Assembly (NCBI GenBank): GCA_035706925.1
Contig: DASSUO010000099.1
Coordinates: 1-55,292 of the forward strand
Source: Moraxellaceae bacterium
Lineage (GTDB): Bacteria; Pseudomonadota; Gammaproteobacteria; Pseudomonadales; Moraxellaceae
Length of the DNA: 55,292 bases
Direction of reading: 5' to 3'
The position numbers and the translations under genes were made by a program. The stretch's first letter is position 1. Every line of letters begins with the position of its first letter. Under the pieces are notes generated by a model that had not been told where the DNA came from, did no database searches, and saw only the letters and a program-made list of their open reading frames with translations. Shown piece after piece: positions 20,706 through 29,839 of the stretch.

Positions 20706-21257
20706 ATGTCATTACGCAATTCGACTACTTCCTGGGGCCTCGTCGCCCGTCTGCTGCATTGGCTCTTTCTTGTCCTGATCATCGGTGCGTGGCTGGCCAT
20801 CGAGGTGCATGAAGACTTTCCCAAAGGGTCGCCCGAGCGCGCGCAGTGGATGCGCGTGCACTTCTCCATCGGTATCACGATCTTTGTACTGATCTGGGTC
20901 CGGCTGGGCTGGCGACTGTCCGGAACGAGCCCCGATCCCGTCCCTGGTCCGCGCTGGCAGCAGCAGGCGGCGTCGCTGGTCCATCTGGCGCTTTACGGGG
21001 TCCTCATCGCCATGCCGGTGGCCGGTTTGCTGACAATGCAGTTCAGCAATCGCGTGGTGGCGTGGTTCGGCATGGTGGATATTCCCGTTGTCCTGGGGCC
21101 GAACAAGGCGGCCGCCGAGCTCATGGAGGAAATCCATACGGACGTGCTGTGGCCTCTGCTCCTGACGTTGGTGGCAGTGCACGCTGCCGCGGCGCTTTGG
21201 CATCACTTCCGCCTGAAGGACGACACGCTGCGGCGAATGACGTTCCCTCGTGACTGA
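20706..21257 (+). CDS. cytochrome b561 family protein
   Basis: Four TM helices with the conserved His pattern (RLLHWLF..., HFSIGI..., HLALY..., HAAAALWHH), typical of the CybB/b561 family. Confidence 0.8.
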   Translation: MSLRNSTTSWGLVARLLHWLFLVLIIGAWLAIEVHEDFPKGSPERAQWMRVHFSIGITIFVLIWVRLGWRLSGTSPDPVPGPRWQQQAASLVHLALYGVLIAMPVAGLLTMQFSNRVVAWFGMVDIPVVLGPNKAAAELMEEIHTDVLWPLLLTLVAVHAAAALWHHFRLKDDTLRRMTFPRD

Positions 21258-21490
21258 ATCTCCCCGGTCGGGCTGAGGCCGCCTGAGGACGGTCGGCGGA
21301 AGCCGCAGACCGGGGGACGATTGCCCGCCAACCCCAACCCCAACGCCGGGTTGTTCCCCCCTTTTAGTCGACCATCACGGCGGCGCGTTTACACGTCTTC
21401 CATCAATCATTCCGGCACCATACGGGTATCCTTGCGCGCGCGGAACGCTACCCCTGTCGGGGGCGTATCTCGCAGAGGTGTGATGACGGG

Positions 21491-23140
21491 ATGGATGGCG
21501 TGACGAAGACGACAACTGACGGCCGAAAGGCCTGGCCGCCGGAAACGGTGTTGCTGCTCGTGGCGGGCCTCCTGGCCCTTCCCTGTAACCTGACCTTGTG
21601 GTCCCGGGCCATGGCGGCCCAGCCTCCGGTCGGGCTCCATGGATACCTCTTCTACCTGGCAGGCCTGGCCCTGCTCACAGCGGCGTTCTTCCTGGTGCTG
21701 GCAATACTGCCGTTGCGCTATCCCGGCCGCATCCTGCTGTCCGTACTGCTGCCGCTTTCGGCGCTCACCGTCTATTTCATGCACCAGTATGGCGTGGCGG
21801 TCGACGATCGCATGGTCCAGAGTGTTTTCGAGACCGATCATGCCGAGGTATGGCAGTTGGTGTCGCTGAAAATGCTTTTTTACGTCGTCATGCTGGGTGT
21901 TGCGCCGGTGATTCTGCTCTGGCGAACGCCTCTGGTGGATCGTCCGCTCCTGCCGGCAGTTCGTGCCCGCCTGATGGCGATGGGGACGGCATCGCTCGTC
22001 ATCGTGCTGGTAGCGATCTTCTTTTACCAGGGATTTGCATCGCTGTTCCGCAATCACCGCGAGTTGCGCTTTTATCTCGTGCCCAATAATTTCATCAGCG
22101 GATTGCGTCACTATGCCTTTGAACGGGCGAGTAGCACGGGGCCGCTCAGTGCAGTCGGACTCGATGCCCATCGTGTCACCAAGGCGGTGCGTCATCGACC
22201 CGTCGTGGTCGTCCTGGTCATTGGCGAAACGGCGCGCGCCGACCACTTCTCGCTGCTGGGATACGATCGCCTCACCAATCCCGAGCTGTCGAAAGAGCGG
22301 GGGCTGATCACCTTCACGGATGTCCATTCCTGTGGAACCGAAACAGCCGTGTCACTGCCCTGCATGCTTTCCGGTCTTGGGCGCGCGGATTTCTCGCCGG
22401 CCAAAGCGGCTACGCGCGAGAATCTGCTGGACGTCGTCCGGCATACCGGCGTTGATGTAGTCTGGATCGAGAACCAGTCGGGCTGCAAGCGGACCTGTGA
22501 CCGCGTCACTCGCATCAATACGCCGGACTTGCAGTTGCCGGAGTATTGTCATGGCGGCGAGTGTCATGACGAAATCCTGATCGAGGCGCTGAAGCGTCAG
22601 CTTGCGAGTCTTCAGCGCGACACGCTGGTCGTGCTGCACCAGATGGGCAGTCATGGTCCGGACTATTACCTCCGCTATCCGGCGCCCGCGTTCGAGTCAT
22701 TCACCCCGGTTTGCCGGACCAATTTGCTCGATCAATGTACGCATGACCAGATCGTCAATGCGTACGACAACACCATCCTGTATACGGATCATGTTCTTGC
22801 CGGGCTGATCGATACCCTTCGCAGTGATTCGCACGTCGATAGTGCATTTTACTATCTCTCCGATCACGGCGAATCGCTTGGCGAATACGGCCTCTATCTC
22901 CACGGGGCTCCACGACTTGTCGCACCCGAGGCGCAGATCCATATTCCGATGCTGGCGTGGCTCTCCGACGGATTCCAGCGCAGGACCGGGATTCAGCGCT
23001 CCTGTGTGGCGGCGCGGCGGCAGGATCCGGTCACGCAGGACAATCTGTTCCATTCGGTATTGGGCCTGCTGAATGTCCGTACGCTGGAATACGATTCCGA
23101 TCTCGACCTGTTCCGGCGCTGTGCGGCATCGAGGGGCTAG
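21491..23140 (+). CDS. eptA: lipid A phosphoethanolamine transferase (EptA/MCR family)
   Basis: Five N-terminal TM helices plus a sulfatase-fold domain: VVVLVIGETARADHFSLLGY, SCGTETAVSLPCM (nucleophile Thr codon 22343-22345), HQMGSHGPDYYLRYP and YLSDHGESLGEYGLYLHG. Confidence 0.88.
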   Translation: MDGVTKTTTDGRKAWPPETVLLLVAGLLALPCNLTLWSRAMAAQPPVGLHGYLFYLAGLALLTAAFFLVLAILPLRYPGRILLSVLLPLSALTVYFMHQYGVAVDDRMVQSVFETDHAEVWQLVSLKMLFYVVMLGVAPVILLWRTPLVDRPLLPAVRARLMAMGTASLVIVLVAIFFYQGFASLFRNHRELRFYLVPNNFISGLRHYAFERASSTGPLSAVGLDAHRVTKAVRHRPVVVVLVIGETARADHFSLLGYDRLTNPELSKERGLITFTDVHSCGTETAVSLPCMLSGLGRADFSPAKAATRENLLDVVRHTGVDVVWIENQSGCKRTCDRVTRINTPDLQLPEYCHGGECHDEILIEALKRQLASLQRDTLVVLHQMGSHGPDYYLRYPAPAFESFTPVCRTNLLDQCTHDQIVNAYDNTILYTDHVLAGLIDTLRSDSHVDSAFYYLSDHGESLGEYGLYLHGAPRLVAPEAQIHIPMLAWLSDGFQRRTGIQRSCVAARRQDPVTQDNLFHSVLGLLNVRTLEYDSDLDLFRRCAASRG

Positions 23141-23206
23141 CGGCCGTTATTGCGGAGGCAGCAGACGGACAGGGTCGCGCTTGCTCCAGGCCGATTGCAG
23201 CGGCGG

Positions 23207-24940
23207 CTAGAAGCCGCTTGCCTTGCCTTCCCGCCGCGGATCCGCAGCCCCTTCCAGCGTGTCTGCTTCGCGCGCGATCACGGCAAGCCCGCTGTTGAGG
23301 TCGCCTGGTTGGAAATGCTGCCCATGGATCGCAAGGCTGTCGCGCAGGGAGGCGGGCAGGTCCTGATCGATCTCGGTGGGACCGTTTCGCGAGAGAATCA
23401 GTGGCGTTGCGACCGTTGCGCCGGGGGAGAGACCCTGGTCCAGACTCGCGACCAGGGCGCGCAGCACATACCCGATGATGCGACTGCCGCCGGGCGAACC
23501 GACGGCGAGACGCGGCTGTCCGGCCGCGTCCAGCACGATGACGGGCGACATCGCGCTGCGGGGGCGTTTGCCGGGAGCAACGGCGTTGGCGAGCGGGTGC
23601 CCGTTTTCGGTCGGCAGGAAGCTGAAGTCGGTCAACTGGTTGTTGAACAGCATGCCGCCGGCCATGAGTCGACTGCCAAAAGCGTCTTCGATCGAACTCG
23701 TCATGCTGACCCACTGTCCTTGCGGGTCGGCAATCACGAGATGGGTCGTGCCGTGTTCCCGCAGCTGTCCGTCGTCGCCCCAGGGTGGCGCGAGTCCCGG
23801 CGGAACGCCGGCAGGCGCGGTGTTCATGCTTTGCTCACTGATCATGGCGCGGCGTGTGGCGAGATAGCCGTCGTCGAGCAGTCCGGTAAGGGGAACGGGA
23901 ATCTGTGAGGGATCCGCACTGTAGCGTTGGCGATCGGCGAACGAGAGGCGCTCGGCTTCCAGCAGGTGATGCAGGTGGAGGGGCAGGTCACCGGTGTAGG
24001 GAAATCCGTCAAGGATCCGCAATGTCTGCAATACGGTCCAGCCGCCCGAGGGTGGCGGCGCCGTGCAAACATTCCATTGCCGGTAGGGGGCGCACAGGGC
24101 AGGACTGACGCGGGCGCGATAGGCGCTCCAGTCGGAAGGCGCAAGATCGCTTCCGCCCTCGCGCAGAATCCGGATCAGCGCCTGGGCCTCGGGCCCCCTG
24201 TAAAATGCAGTCGGGCCTTTGCGCGCCAACCACAGTAGCGTGTGCGCGTAATCCGGATTGCGAAGCCGGTGGCCGACGGGCCAGGCGTTACCGTCCTGAT
24301 CATAAAAATAGGTGCGGGACGCGGGATGCTCCCGAAGCAGAGCGTCCCGTTCGAGCAGCGCATGCAGTCGCGGTGACACGAGAAAACCCTGCCGGGCCAG
24401 CGTGATGGCGGGAGTGAACAAGGTGCGCCAGGGGAGCCGGCCGCTGGCCCGGTGTGCCGCGGCGAGTGCTGCCACAACGCCAGGTACGCCGACAGCGCGA
24501 CCGCTGCCCACCGCCGCATGGAACGCCAGCGGCTGCCCCTGCTTGTCCAGAAAGCGGTCGGGGCGGGCGCTGGCCGGGGCCGTTTCGCGTCCGTCATAGC
24601 TCATGACCTGCTTGCCGTCACGCAGCACGAGAAAAAGACCGCCACCGAAGCCGGACGACTGCGGCTCGACCAGGCCAAGCACGGCTTGCGCGGCGATCGC
24701 GGCATCGATGGCGCTGCCGCCGCGGCGCATTATGGCGAGCGCTGCGTCGGTAGCATGCGGATTGGCCGTGACAACAAGGGCGTGTTGCGCACGCGCGGAC
24801 GACAGCGGGTAGCGACCTGTGTCACCTTCCGGCGTAACGGGTGCAATGCTGACCGAAGGACTGCTGGCACCGGCGGGAGCGGCAAGCGCGCCCTGCAGCG
24901 CGATTGCCAACAGCAGGGCTAGCGGGAACCAGCGTTGCAT
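23207..24940 (-). CDS. ggt: gamma-glutamyltranspeptidase
   Basis: Signal peptide, conserved GGGLFL, autoprocessing site GTTHLVIAD, and SPGGSRII near the C-terminus. Confidence 0.92.
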   Translation of the reverse strand: MQRWFPLALLLAIALQGALAAPAGASSPSVSIAPVTPEGDTGRYPLSSARAQHALVVTANPHATDAALAIMRRGGSAIDAAIAAQAVLGLVEPQSSGFGGGLFLVLRDGKQVMSYDGRETAPASARPDRFLDKQGQPLAFHAAVGSGRAVGVPGVVAALAAAHRASGRLPWRTLFTPAITLARQGFLVSPRLHALLERDALLREHPASRTYFYDQDGNAWPVGHRLRNPDYAHTLLWLARKGPTAFYRGPEAQALIRILREGGSDLAPSDWSAYRARVSPALCAPYRQWNVCTAPPPSGGWTVLQTLRILDGFPYTGDLPLHLHHLLEAERLSFADRQRYSADPSQIPVPLTGLLDDGYLATRRAMISEQSMNTAPAGVPPGLAPPWGDDGQLREHGTTHLVIADPQGQWVSMTSSIEDAFGSRLMAGGMLFNNQLTDFSFLPTENGHPLANAVAPGKRPRSAMSPVIVLDAAGQPRLAVGSPGGSRIIGYVLRALVASLDQGLSPGATVATPLILSRNGPTEIDQDLPASLRDSLAIHGQHFQPGDLNSGLAVIAREADTLEGAADPRREGKASGF

Positions 24941-24960
24941 CCCTGTCTCCTTGTATGGCG

Positions 24961-25677
24961 CTACAGGTCCCCGAAGCGGGCCTGCAGCAACGCCAGCGCC
25001 GCAACGGGCGCCGTCTCGGTCCGCATGATGCGGGGGCCCAGCTGCCAGGGGCGAAAGCCCTGCCCGCGGACGGCCGCGATTTCGGTGTCACTGAGCCCGC
25101 CTTCCGGACCAATCAGCAATGCCACGGACTGGACGTGGGCGTCGGGCAGTGCCCCCTCCACTGACGGGGCAAGGACAAGCCGGAGATCGGCCTTCACGGT
25201 GGCGCTCCACGCCGACAGCGCCTCGGGTTCGTGAATGCGGGGGGGGATACTCCGTCCGCATTGTTCGCAGGCACTGATCGCAATGCGTCGCCAGTGTTCG
25301 AGCTTCTTGTCGGCGCGTTCTTCACCGCGCAGACGCAACTCGCAGCGCTCACTGGTGAGTGGAGTGATGTCGGTAACGCCGAGTTCCGTGGCTTTCTGGA
25401 TGGCGTAGTCCATGCGGTCACCTTTCGACATCACCTGGCCCAGATGAGTGGCCAGTGGCGACTGCCGGCTATCCGCCGTGTGCGCCAGCAGGCGGGCGAC
25501 GGCAGACTTCTTGCCGACCTCCACCAGCTCGGCCTCCCAGGTGCCGCCGTCCCCGTTGAACAGTGCCAGCCGGGTGCCGGCTTCCGCGCGAAGGACGCGT
25601 ACGAGGTGATGGGCGACGTCATCGGGAAGCGGAATTTCGCAGCCATCGGCGAGAGGGAGGGGGACGTAGAAACGCAT
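24961..25677 (-). CDS. rsmE: 16S rRNA (uracil1498-N3)-methyltransferase
   Basis: MRFYVP... start and LLIGPEGGLSDTEI motif. Start placed at the internal ATG 25677, giving the typical ~239 aa. Confidence 0.85.
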   Translation of the reverse strand: MRFYVPLPLADGCEIPLPDDVAHHLVRVLRAEAGTRLALFNGDGGTWEAELVEVGKKSAVARLLAHTADSRQSPLATHLGQVMSKGDRMDYAIQKATELGVTDITPLTSERCELRLRGEERADKKLEHWRRIAISACEQCGRSIPPRIHEPEALSAWSATVKADLRLVLAPSVEGALPDAHVQSVALLIGPEGGLSDTEIAAVRGQGFRPWQLGPRIMRTETAPVAALALLQARFGDL

Positions 25678-25772
25678 GGCGGCGGCAGATGTCCAGGGGG
25701 CAGGAATGAGGTGTCGGCGCAGTGCCCGGCCCGCCCAGTATAGCGGAGACAAAGGGTGTGGCGATTCGCCTG

Positions 25773-27170
25773 TCAGGGGATGGCCAGGGTATCACTGCCG
25801 CCAAGGCGTGGCTGGCCGCGCACGGCGTGATCCAGTGCCTCTGCCGCTGTCGACACCATGAAACGGATTTCATCCGGGGTAATTACGTAGGGAGGCAGAA
25901 AGTAGAGGACATTGCCGATGGGCCGCAGCAGGACCCCGCGCGCCAGTGCGTGCCGGAAGAGGGCCAGTCCGCGCCGTTCGCGCCAGTCGAACGGCGTTCG
26001 GTTCGCTTTGTCGCGCACGAATTCGACGGCCGCGATCATGCCCGTCTGGCGGACGTCGACGACATTCGGGTGATCGGCCAGGGGCGCCAGTGCGTCCTGC
26101 ATGACGCCGGCAAGCTCCCGGTTACGCGTCAGCACATCGTCACTCTCGAAAATATCCAGTGACGCCAGGGCCGCGCGAGCGGCGAGCGCGTTGCCTGTGT
26201 AGCTGTGCGAGTGCAGAAATCCCTTCAGCGTTTCGTAACGGTCATAGAAGGCGTCGTACACGGTTTCTGTCGTCATCACGACGGACATCGGCAGGTAGCC
26301 GGCGGTCAGCCCCTTCGACAGGCAAAGAAAGTCCGGTGTGATGCCGGCCTGTTCGCAGGCAAAGAGCGTCCCGGTGCGTCCGAATCCGACGGCAATTTCG
26401 TCGGCAATCAGATGCACGCCATAGCGGTCGCACGCGTCCCGCAACAGCGTGAGGTACACCGGATGGTACATCTTCATGCCGGCAGCACCTTGCACCAGCG
26501 GTTCGACGATGACGGCGCAGACCTCCTGATGATGCTTCTCGAGGAGGGATTCCATATGCGTGAACTGCCGCCGCGAGTGGCTTTCCCAGCTCTCTCCGGG
26601 CTCACGGACCGAGCAGTCGGGGCTCGGTGCCCGTAGCTGGTCTTTGAGGAGGGGCGCGTACGTGGCCGAGAACAGGGGAATGTCCGTGACGGAGAGCGCG
26701 CCGAGTGTCTCGCCGTGATAACCGTTTTCCAGGCTGATGAACCGCGTTTTTTCCGGCTTTCCGGTATTGCGCCAGAAATGCAGGCTCATCTTGAGCGCAA
26801 TCTCGATCGCGGCCGAGCCGTTGTCGCCGTAAAAACAGCGGGTCAGTCCCTGCGGCGCGAGCGACACCAGTCGTTCGGACAATTCGACAATGGGCGCGTG
26901 GGTGAAGCCGGCCAGGATCACGTGCTCGAGTGCGTCGAGCTGTTCTTTCAGCGCGGCATTGATGCGCGGATTCGCATGGCCGAAGAGGTTGACCCACCAG
27001 GAGCTGACGGCATCGAGAAAACGGTTGCCATCGAAATCATGAAGCCAGACACCTTCGCCGCGCTGAACGGGCACCAGAGGCAGAGTCTCGTGCTCCTGCA
27101 TCTGTGTGCAGGGGTGCCAGACATGCCGGAGGTCGCGCTGCATCCAGTCGCGGTTATTCATCTGATCCAT
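25773..27170 (-). CDS. bioA: adenosylmethionine-8-amino-7-oxononanoate aminotransferase
   Basis: Class III aminotransferase with DLRHVWHPCTQM, GDNGSAAIE, HLIADEIAVGFGRTG and LSKGLTAGY (PLP Lys), as in BioA. Confidence 0.9.
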   Translation of the reverse strand: MDQMNNRDWMQRDLRHVWHPCTQMQEHETLPLVPVQRGEGVWLHDFDGNRFLDAVSSWWVNLFGHANPRINAALKEQLDALEHVILAGFTHAPIVELSERLVSLAPQGLTRCFYGDNGSAAIEIALKMSLHFWRNTGKPEKTRFISLENGYHGETLGALSVTDIPLFSATYAPLLKDQLRAPSPDCSVREPGESWESHSRRQFTHMESLLEKHHQEVCAVIVEPLVQGAAGMKMYHPVYLTLLRDACDRYGVHLIADEIAVGFGRTGTLFACEQAGITPDFLCLSKGLTAGYLPMSVVMTTETVYDAFYDRYETLKGFLHSHSYTGNALAARAALASLDIFESDDVLTRNRELAGVMQDALAPLADHPNVVDVRQTGMIAAVEFVRDKANRTPFDWRERRGLALFRHALARGVLLRPIGNVLYFLPPYVITPDEIRFMVSTAAEALDHAVRGQPRLGGSDTLAIP

Positions 27171-27182
27171 GAATCCTGCGGG

Positions 27183-28022
27183 TTAGTGGTGGAGGCCGAG
27201 GTTGCGCCACAGCGCCAGTGTGGGTTCGGCGTGATTCATGGTGTAGAAGTGCAGTCCGGGGGCGCCGCCGTTGAGGAGCTGCGCGCACAGGTCGGTCACG
27301 ACATGCTCGCCGAAGCGCTGGATGCTGGCCACGTCGTCACCATATGCGGCGACCTGTTTGCGGATCCAGCGTGGAATTTCGGCGCCGCAGGCATCCGAGA
27401 AGCGGATGAGGTTGGCAAAGTTGGTGATCGGCATGATGCCGGGAATGATGGGAATGTCCACGCCCTGGCGGTGTACTTCCTGCACGAAGTGAAAATAGCT
27501 GTCGGCATTGAAGAAGTACTGGGTAATGGCCGAGTTCGCGCCCTGTTCCACCTTGTGGATGAAGTTGCGGATGTCCTGGCCCAGGTGGGCGGCCTGCGGA
27601 TGGCACTCCGGGTAGGCAGCCACCTCGATATGAAAATGGTCGCCGTGGCGTTCACGGATGAAGCGCACGAGATCAGCTGCATAAGCGAGTTCGCCGGCGC
27701 CATAGCCGTGGCCCGACGGCAGGTCGCCGCGCAGGGCGACGATGTGACGAATGCCGTTGTCCTTGTAGGTGTCGAGCAGTTCGGCCAGTTCGTCACGGGT
27801 GTCGCCAATGCAGGACAAGTGCGGGGCCGCCGGGCGGCCGGAGTCCCGCTGGATCTCGAGCACGGTGCCGAGCGACCGTTCGCGCGTCGAGCCACCGGCG
27901 CCGTAGGTCACGGAAAAGTACTCCGGCTTGAGGGGCGCGAGGGTCTTGTAGACCTCGCGCAGCTTGGCGACGCCCACGTCGGTCTTGGGCGGAAAGAATT
28001 CGAACGAAAAATGTTTGCTCAT
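27183..28022 (-). CDS. metF: 5,10-methylenetetrahydrofolate reductase
   Basis: FSFEFFPPKT, YFSVTYGAGGSTRE and GAPGLHFYTMN are MetF signatures. Confidence 0.93.
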   Translation of the reverse strand: MSKHFSFEFFPPKTDVGVAKLREVYKTLAPLKPEYFSVTYGAGGSTRERSLGTVLEIQRDSGRPAAPHLSCIGDTRDELAELLDTYKDNGIRHIVALRGDLPSGHGYGAGELAYAADLVRFIRERHGDHFHIEVAAYPECHPQAAHLGQDIRNFIHKVEQGANSAITQYFFNADSYFHFVQEVHRQGVDIPIIPGIMPITNFANLIRFSDACGAEIPRWIRKQVAAYGDDVASIQRFGEHVVTDLCAQLLNGGAPGLHFYTMNHAEPTLALWRNLGLHH

Positions 28023-28050
28023 GTCAGATGTCCTGGCACCAATGCCTCAT

Positions 28051-28185
28051 GTAGGAGCGGCTTCAGCCGCAAATACCGCCGCGATGTCCGTCACGAATCA
28101 GTCGCGAAGACCGCGAAGAATTACCCGCCAGGTCCACCGGAGGGCAGATGTTGGCAGCGAAGTTCGCGGCTGAAGCCGCTCCTGC
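28051..28185. repeat. REP-like inverted repeat pair in the metF-ahcY intergenic region
   Basis: GTAGGAGCGGCTTCAGCCGC (28051-28070) and its reverse complement GCGGCTGAAGCCGCTCCTGC (28166-28185) match at 19 of 20 positions, with 95 nt between them. Each arm contains the palindrome GCGGCT..AGCCGC. Confidence 0.7.
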
Positions 28186-28201
28186 GGGAGCGGGGTGGTT
28201 C

Positions 28202-29614
28202 TCAGTACTTGTAGTGTTCCGGCTTGAAGGGGCCGTCGGCGTTCACGCCGATGTATCTCGCCTGGTCGTCGGTAAGGCGCGTGATCACCCCGCCGAAGCC
28301 GGCCACCATCGCCGCTGCAACTTCTTCGTCAAGCTTCTTGGGCAGCACTTCCACCTTCAGCATGCGTTCCTGCACCGCCGGTGAATGGTCGGCGAATTTC
28401 TGGTCATACAGGTACATCTGTGCGAGCACCTGGTTGGCGAAGGAGCCATCCATGATGCGCGACGGGTGGCCCGTGGCATTGCCGAGGTTCACGAGGCGGC
28501 CTTCCGACAACAGGATCAGGTAGTCGGGATCGGAGGGATTCACGTTGGAGCCCCTGGTCGTGCGGTAGACCTTGTGTACCTGCGGCTTCACTTCTTCCCA
28601 GTGCCAGTTGCTGCGCATGTAGGCGGTGTCGATCTCGGTGTCGAAGTGGCCGATGTTGCAGACCACCGCGCCGTTCTTGAGCGCGCGCAGCATGTTGGCA
28701 TCGCACACGTTGGTGTTGCCGGTGGTGGTCACGATGAGGTCGGTCTCGCCCAGCAGGCGCGCGTCAATGTCTTCGAACCTGCCGGTGTTGAGGCCGTTCT
28801 TGTACGGGGACACGACTTCGTAGCCGTCCATGCAGGCCTGCATGGCACAGATCGGGTCGATTTCGGTGACGCGCACGATCATGCCTTCCTGGCGCAGCGA
28901 CTGCGCGGATCCCTTGCCCACGTCACCGTAGCCGATGACGAGCGCGCGCCGGCCGGCCATGAGCATGTCCACCCCGCGCTTGATGGCGTCGTTCAGCGAG
29001 TGGCGGCAACCGTACTTGTTGTCGTTCTTGCTCTTGGTGACCGAGTCGTTGACGTTGATCGCCGGCACGCGCAGCTCGCCGCTGGCGAGCATCTCCACCA
29101 GACGGTGGACGCCGGTGGTGGTTTCCTCGGTGATGCCGTGGATCTTCTTGAGCATCTCCGGGTATTTGTCATGCACGACCTGGGTCAGGTCGCCGCCATC
29201 GTCCAGGATCATGTTGGCATCCCAGGGCTGGCCGTCCTTGCAGATGGTCTTCTCGATGCACCACCAGAATTCTTCTTCGGTTTCGCCCTTCCAGGCGAAC
29301 ACGGGCACACCCGCTGCCGCGATGGCGGCCGCTGCATGATCCTGGGTCGAAAAAATGTTGCAGGACGACCAGCGTACGTCGGCACCGAGCTCTACCAGCG
29401 TCTCGATCAGCACGGCGGTCTGGATGGTCATGTGGATGCAGCCCATGATCCGGGCGCCCTTGAGGGGCTTCTGGGCAGCGTATTTGCGACGCAAGCCCAT
29501 GAGGGCGGGCATCTCGGTCTCGGCCAGGATGATTTCCTTGCGGCCCCAGTCGGCCAGGGAAATATCGGCGACCTTGTAGTCGGTGAAGTTATTGAGATCG
29601 ACTTTGGCAGTCAT
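28202..29614 (-). CDS. ahcY: adenosylhomocysteinase
   Basis: [28 protein letters not shown]..., the NAD site GYGDVGKG, and the C-terminal tail [10 protein letters not shown]. Start at ATG 29614 with a GAGGAAAG ribosome-binding site. The longer ORF in the track would run through the riboswitch. Confidence 0.95.
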   Translation of the reverse strand: MTAKVDLNNFTDYKVADISLADWGRKEIILAETEMPALMGLRRKYAAQKPLKGARIMGCIHMTIQTAVLIETLVELGADVRWSSCNIFSTQDHAAAAIAAAGVPVFAWKGETEEEFWWCIEKTICKDGQPWDANMILDDGGDLTQVVHDKYPEMLKKIHGITEETTTGVHRLVEMLASGELRVPAINVNDSVTKSKNDNKYGCRHSLNDAIKRGVDMLMAGRRALVIGYGDVGKGSAQSLRQEGMIVRVTEIDPICAMQACMDGYEVVSPYKNGLNTGRFEDIDARLLGETDLIVTTTGNTNVCDANMLRALKNGAVVCNIGHFDTEIDTAYMRSNWHWEEVKPQVHKVYRTTRGSNVNPSDPDYLILLSEGRLVNLGNATGHPSRIMDGSFANQVLAQMYLYDQKFADHSPAVQERMLKVEVLPKKLDEEVAAAMVAGFGGVITRLTDDQARYIGVNADGPFKPEHYKY

Positions 29615-29693
29615 GGCGTCTTTCCTCGTTGGAAGCAGAAAAAGACGCGGCGGGAGATCGCACAGGAGGGCTCGCCAACCGCATCGGGGTTCA

Positions 29694-29772
29694 GCGAGCG
29701 CCGTTGTCACCGGCCGGAGCCGGAGAGGGGCCCGAGCCTGGCGGAAAGGGATCCGTTGCAGCGCTCCTCGGG
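29694..29772 (-). promoter_or_regulatory. SAH (S-adenosylhomocysteine) riboswitch in the ahcY leader
   Basis: The minus strand reads CCCGAGGAGCGCUGCAACGGAUCCCUUUCCGCCAGGCUCGGGCCCCUCUCCGGCUCCGGCCGGUGACAACGGCGCUCGC. It contains the conserved GAGGAGCGCUGC, CAGGCUCGG and AACGGCGCUC blocks, P1 CCCGAG/CUCGGG, hairpin CCGGC/GCCGG, and pseudoknot GAGCGC/GCGCUC. It ends 80 nt upstream of ahcY, the canonical genomic context. Confidence 0.8.
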
Positions 29773-29839
29773 CGGGGGATTATTTAGCCATAAATCCCGC
29801 GGTCCCGGAAGGTCCGGTGCCCGGAAGGGCGCGCCGGGG

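Noticed and set aside
21328-21345. CCAACC-CCAACC-CCAACG microsatellite-like triplet upstream of eptA.
   Set aside because: It has only three imperfect units. That is too short to call a phase-variable repeat without population data.
28034-28050. TGGCAC-N5 sequence resembling a sigma-54 -24 element.
   Set aside because: The -12 element is CCTC, not TTGC. It lies on the strand opposite to the local genes and overlaps the metF start region.
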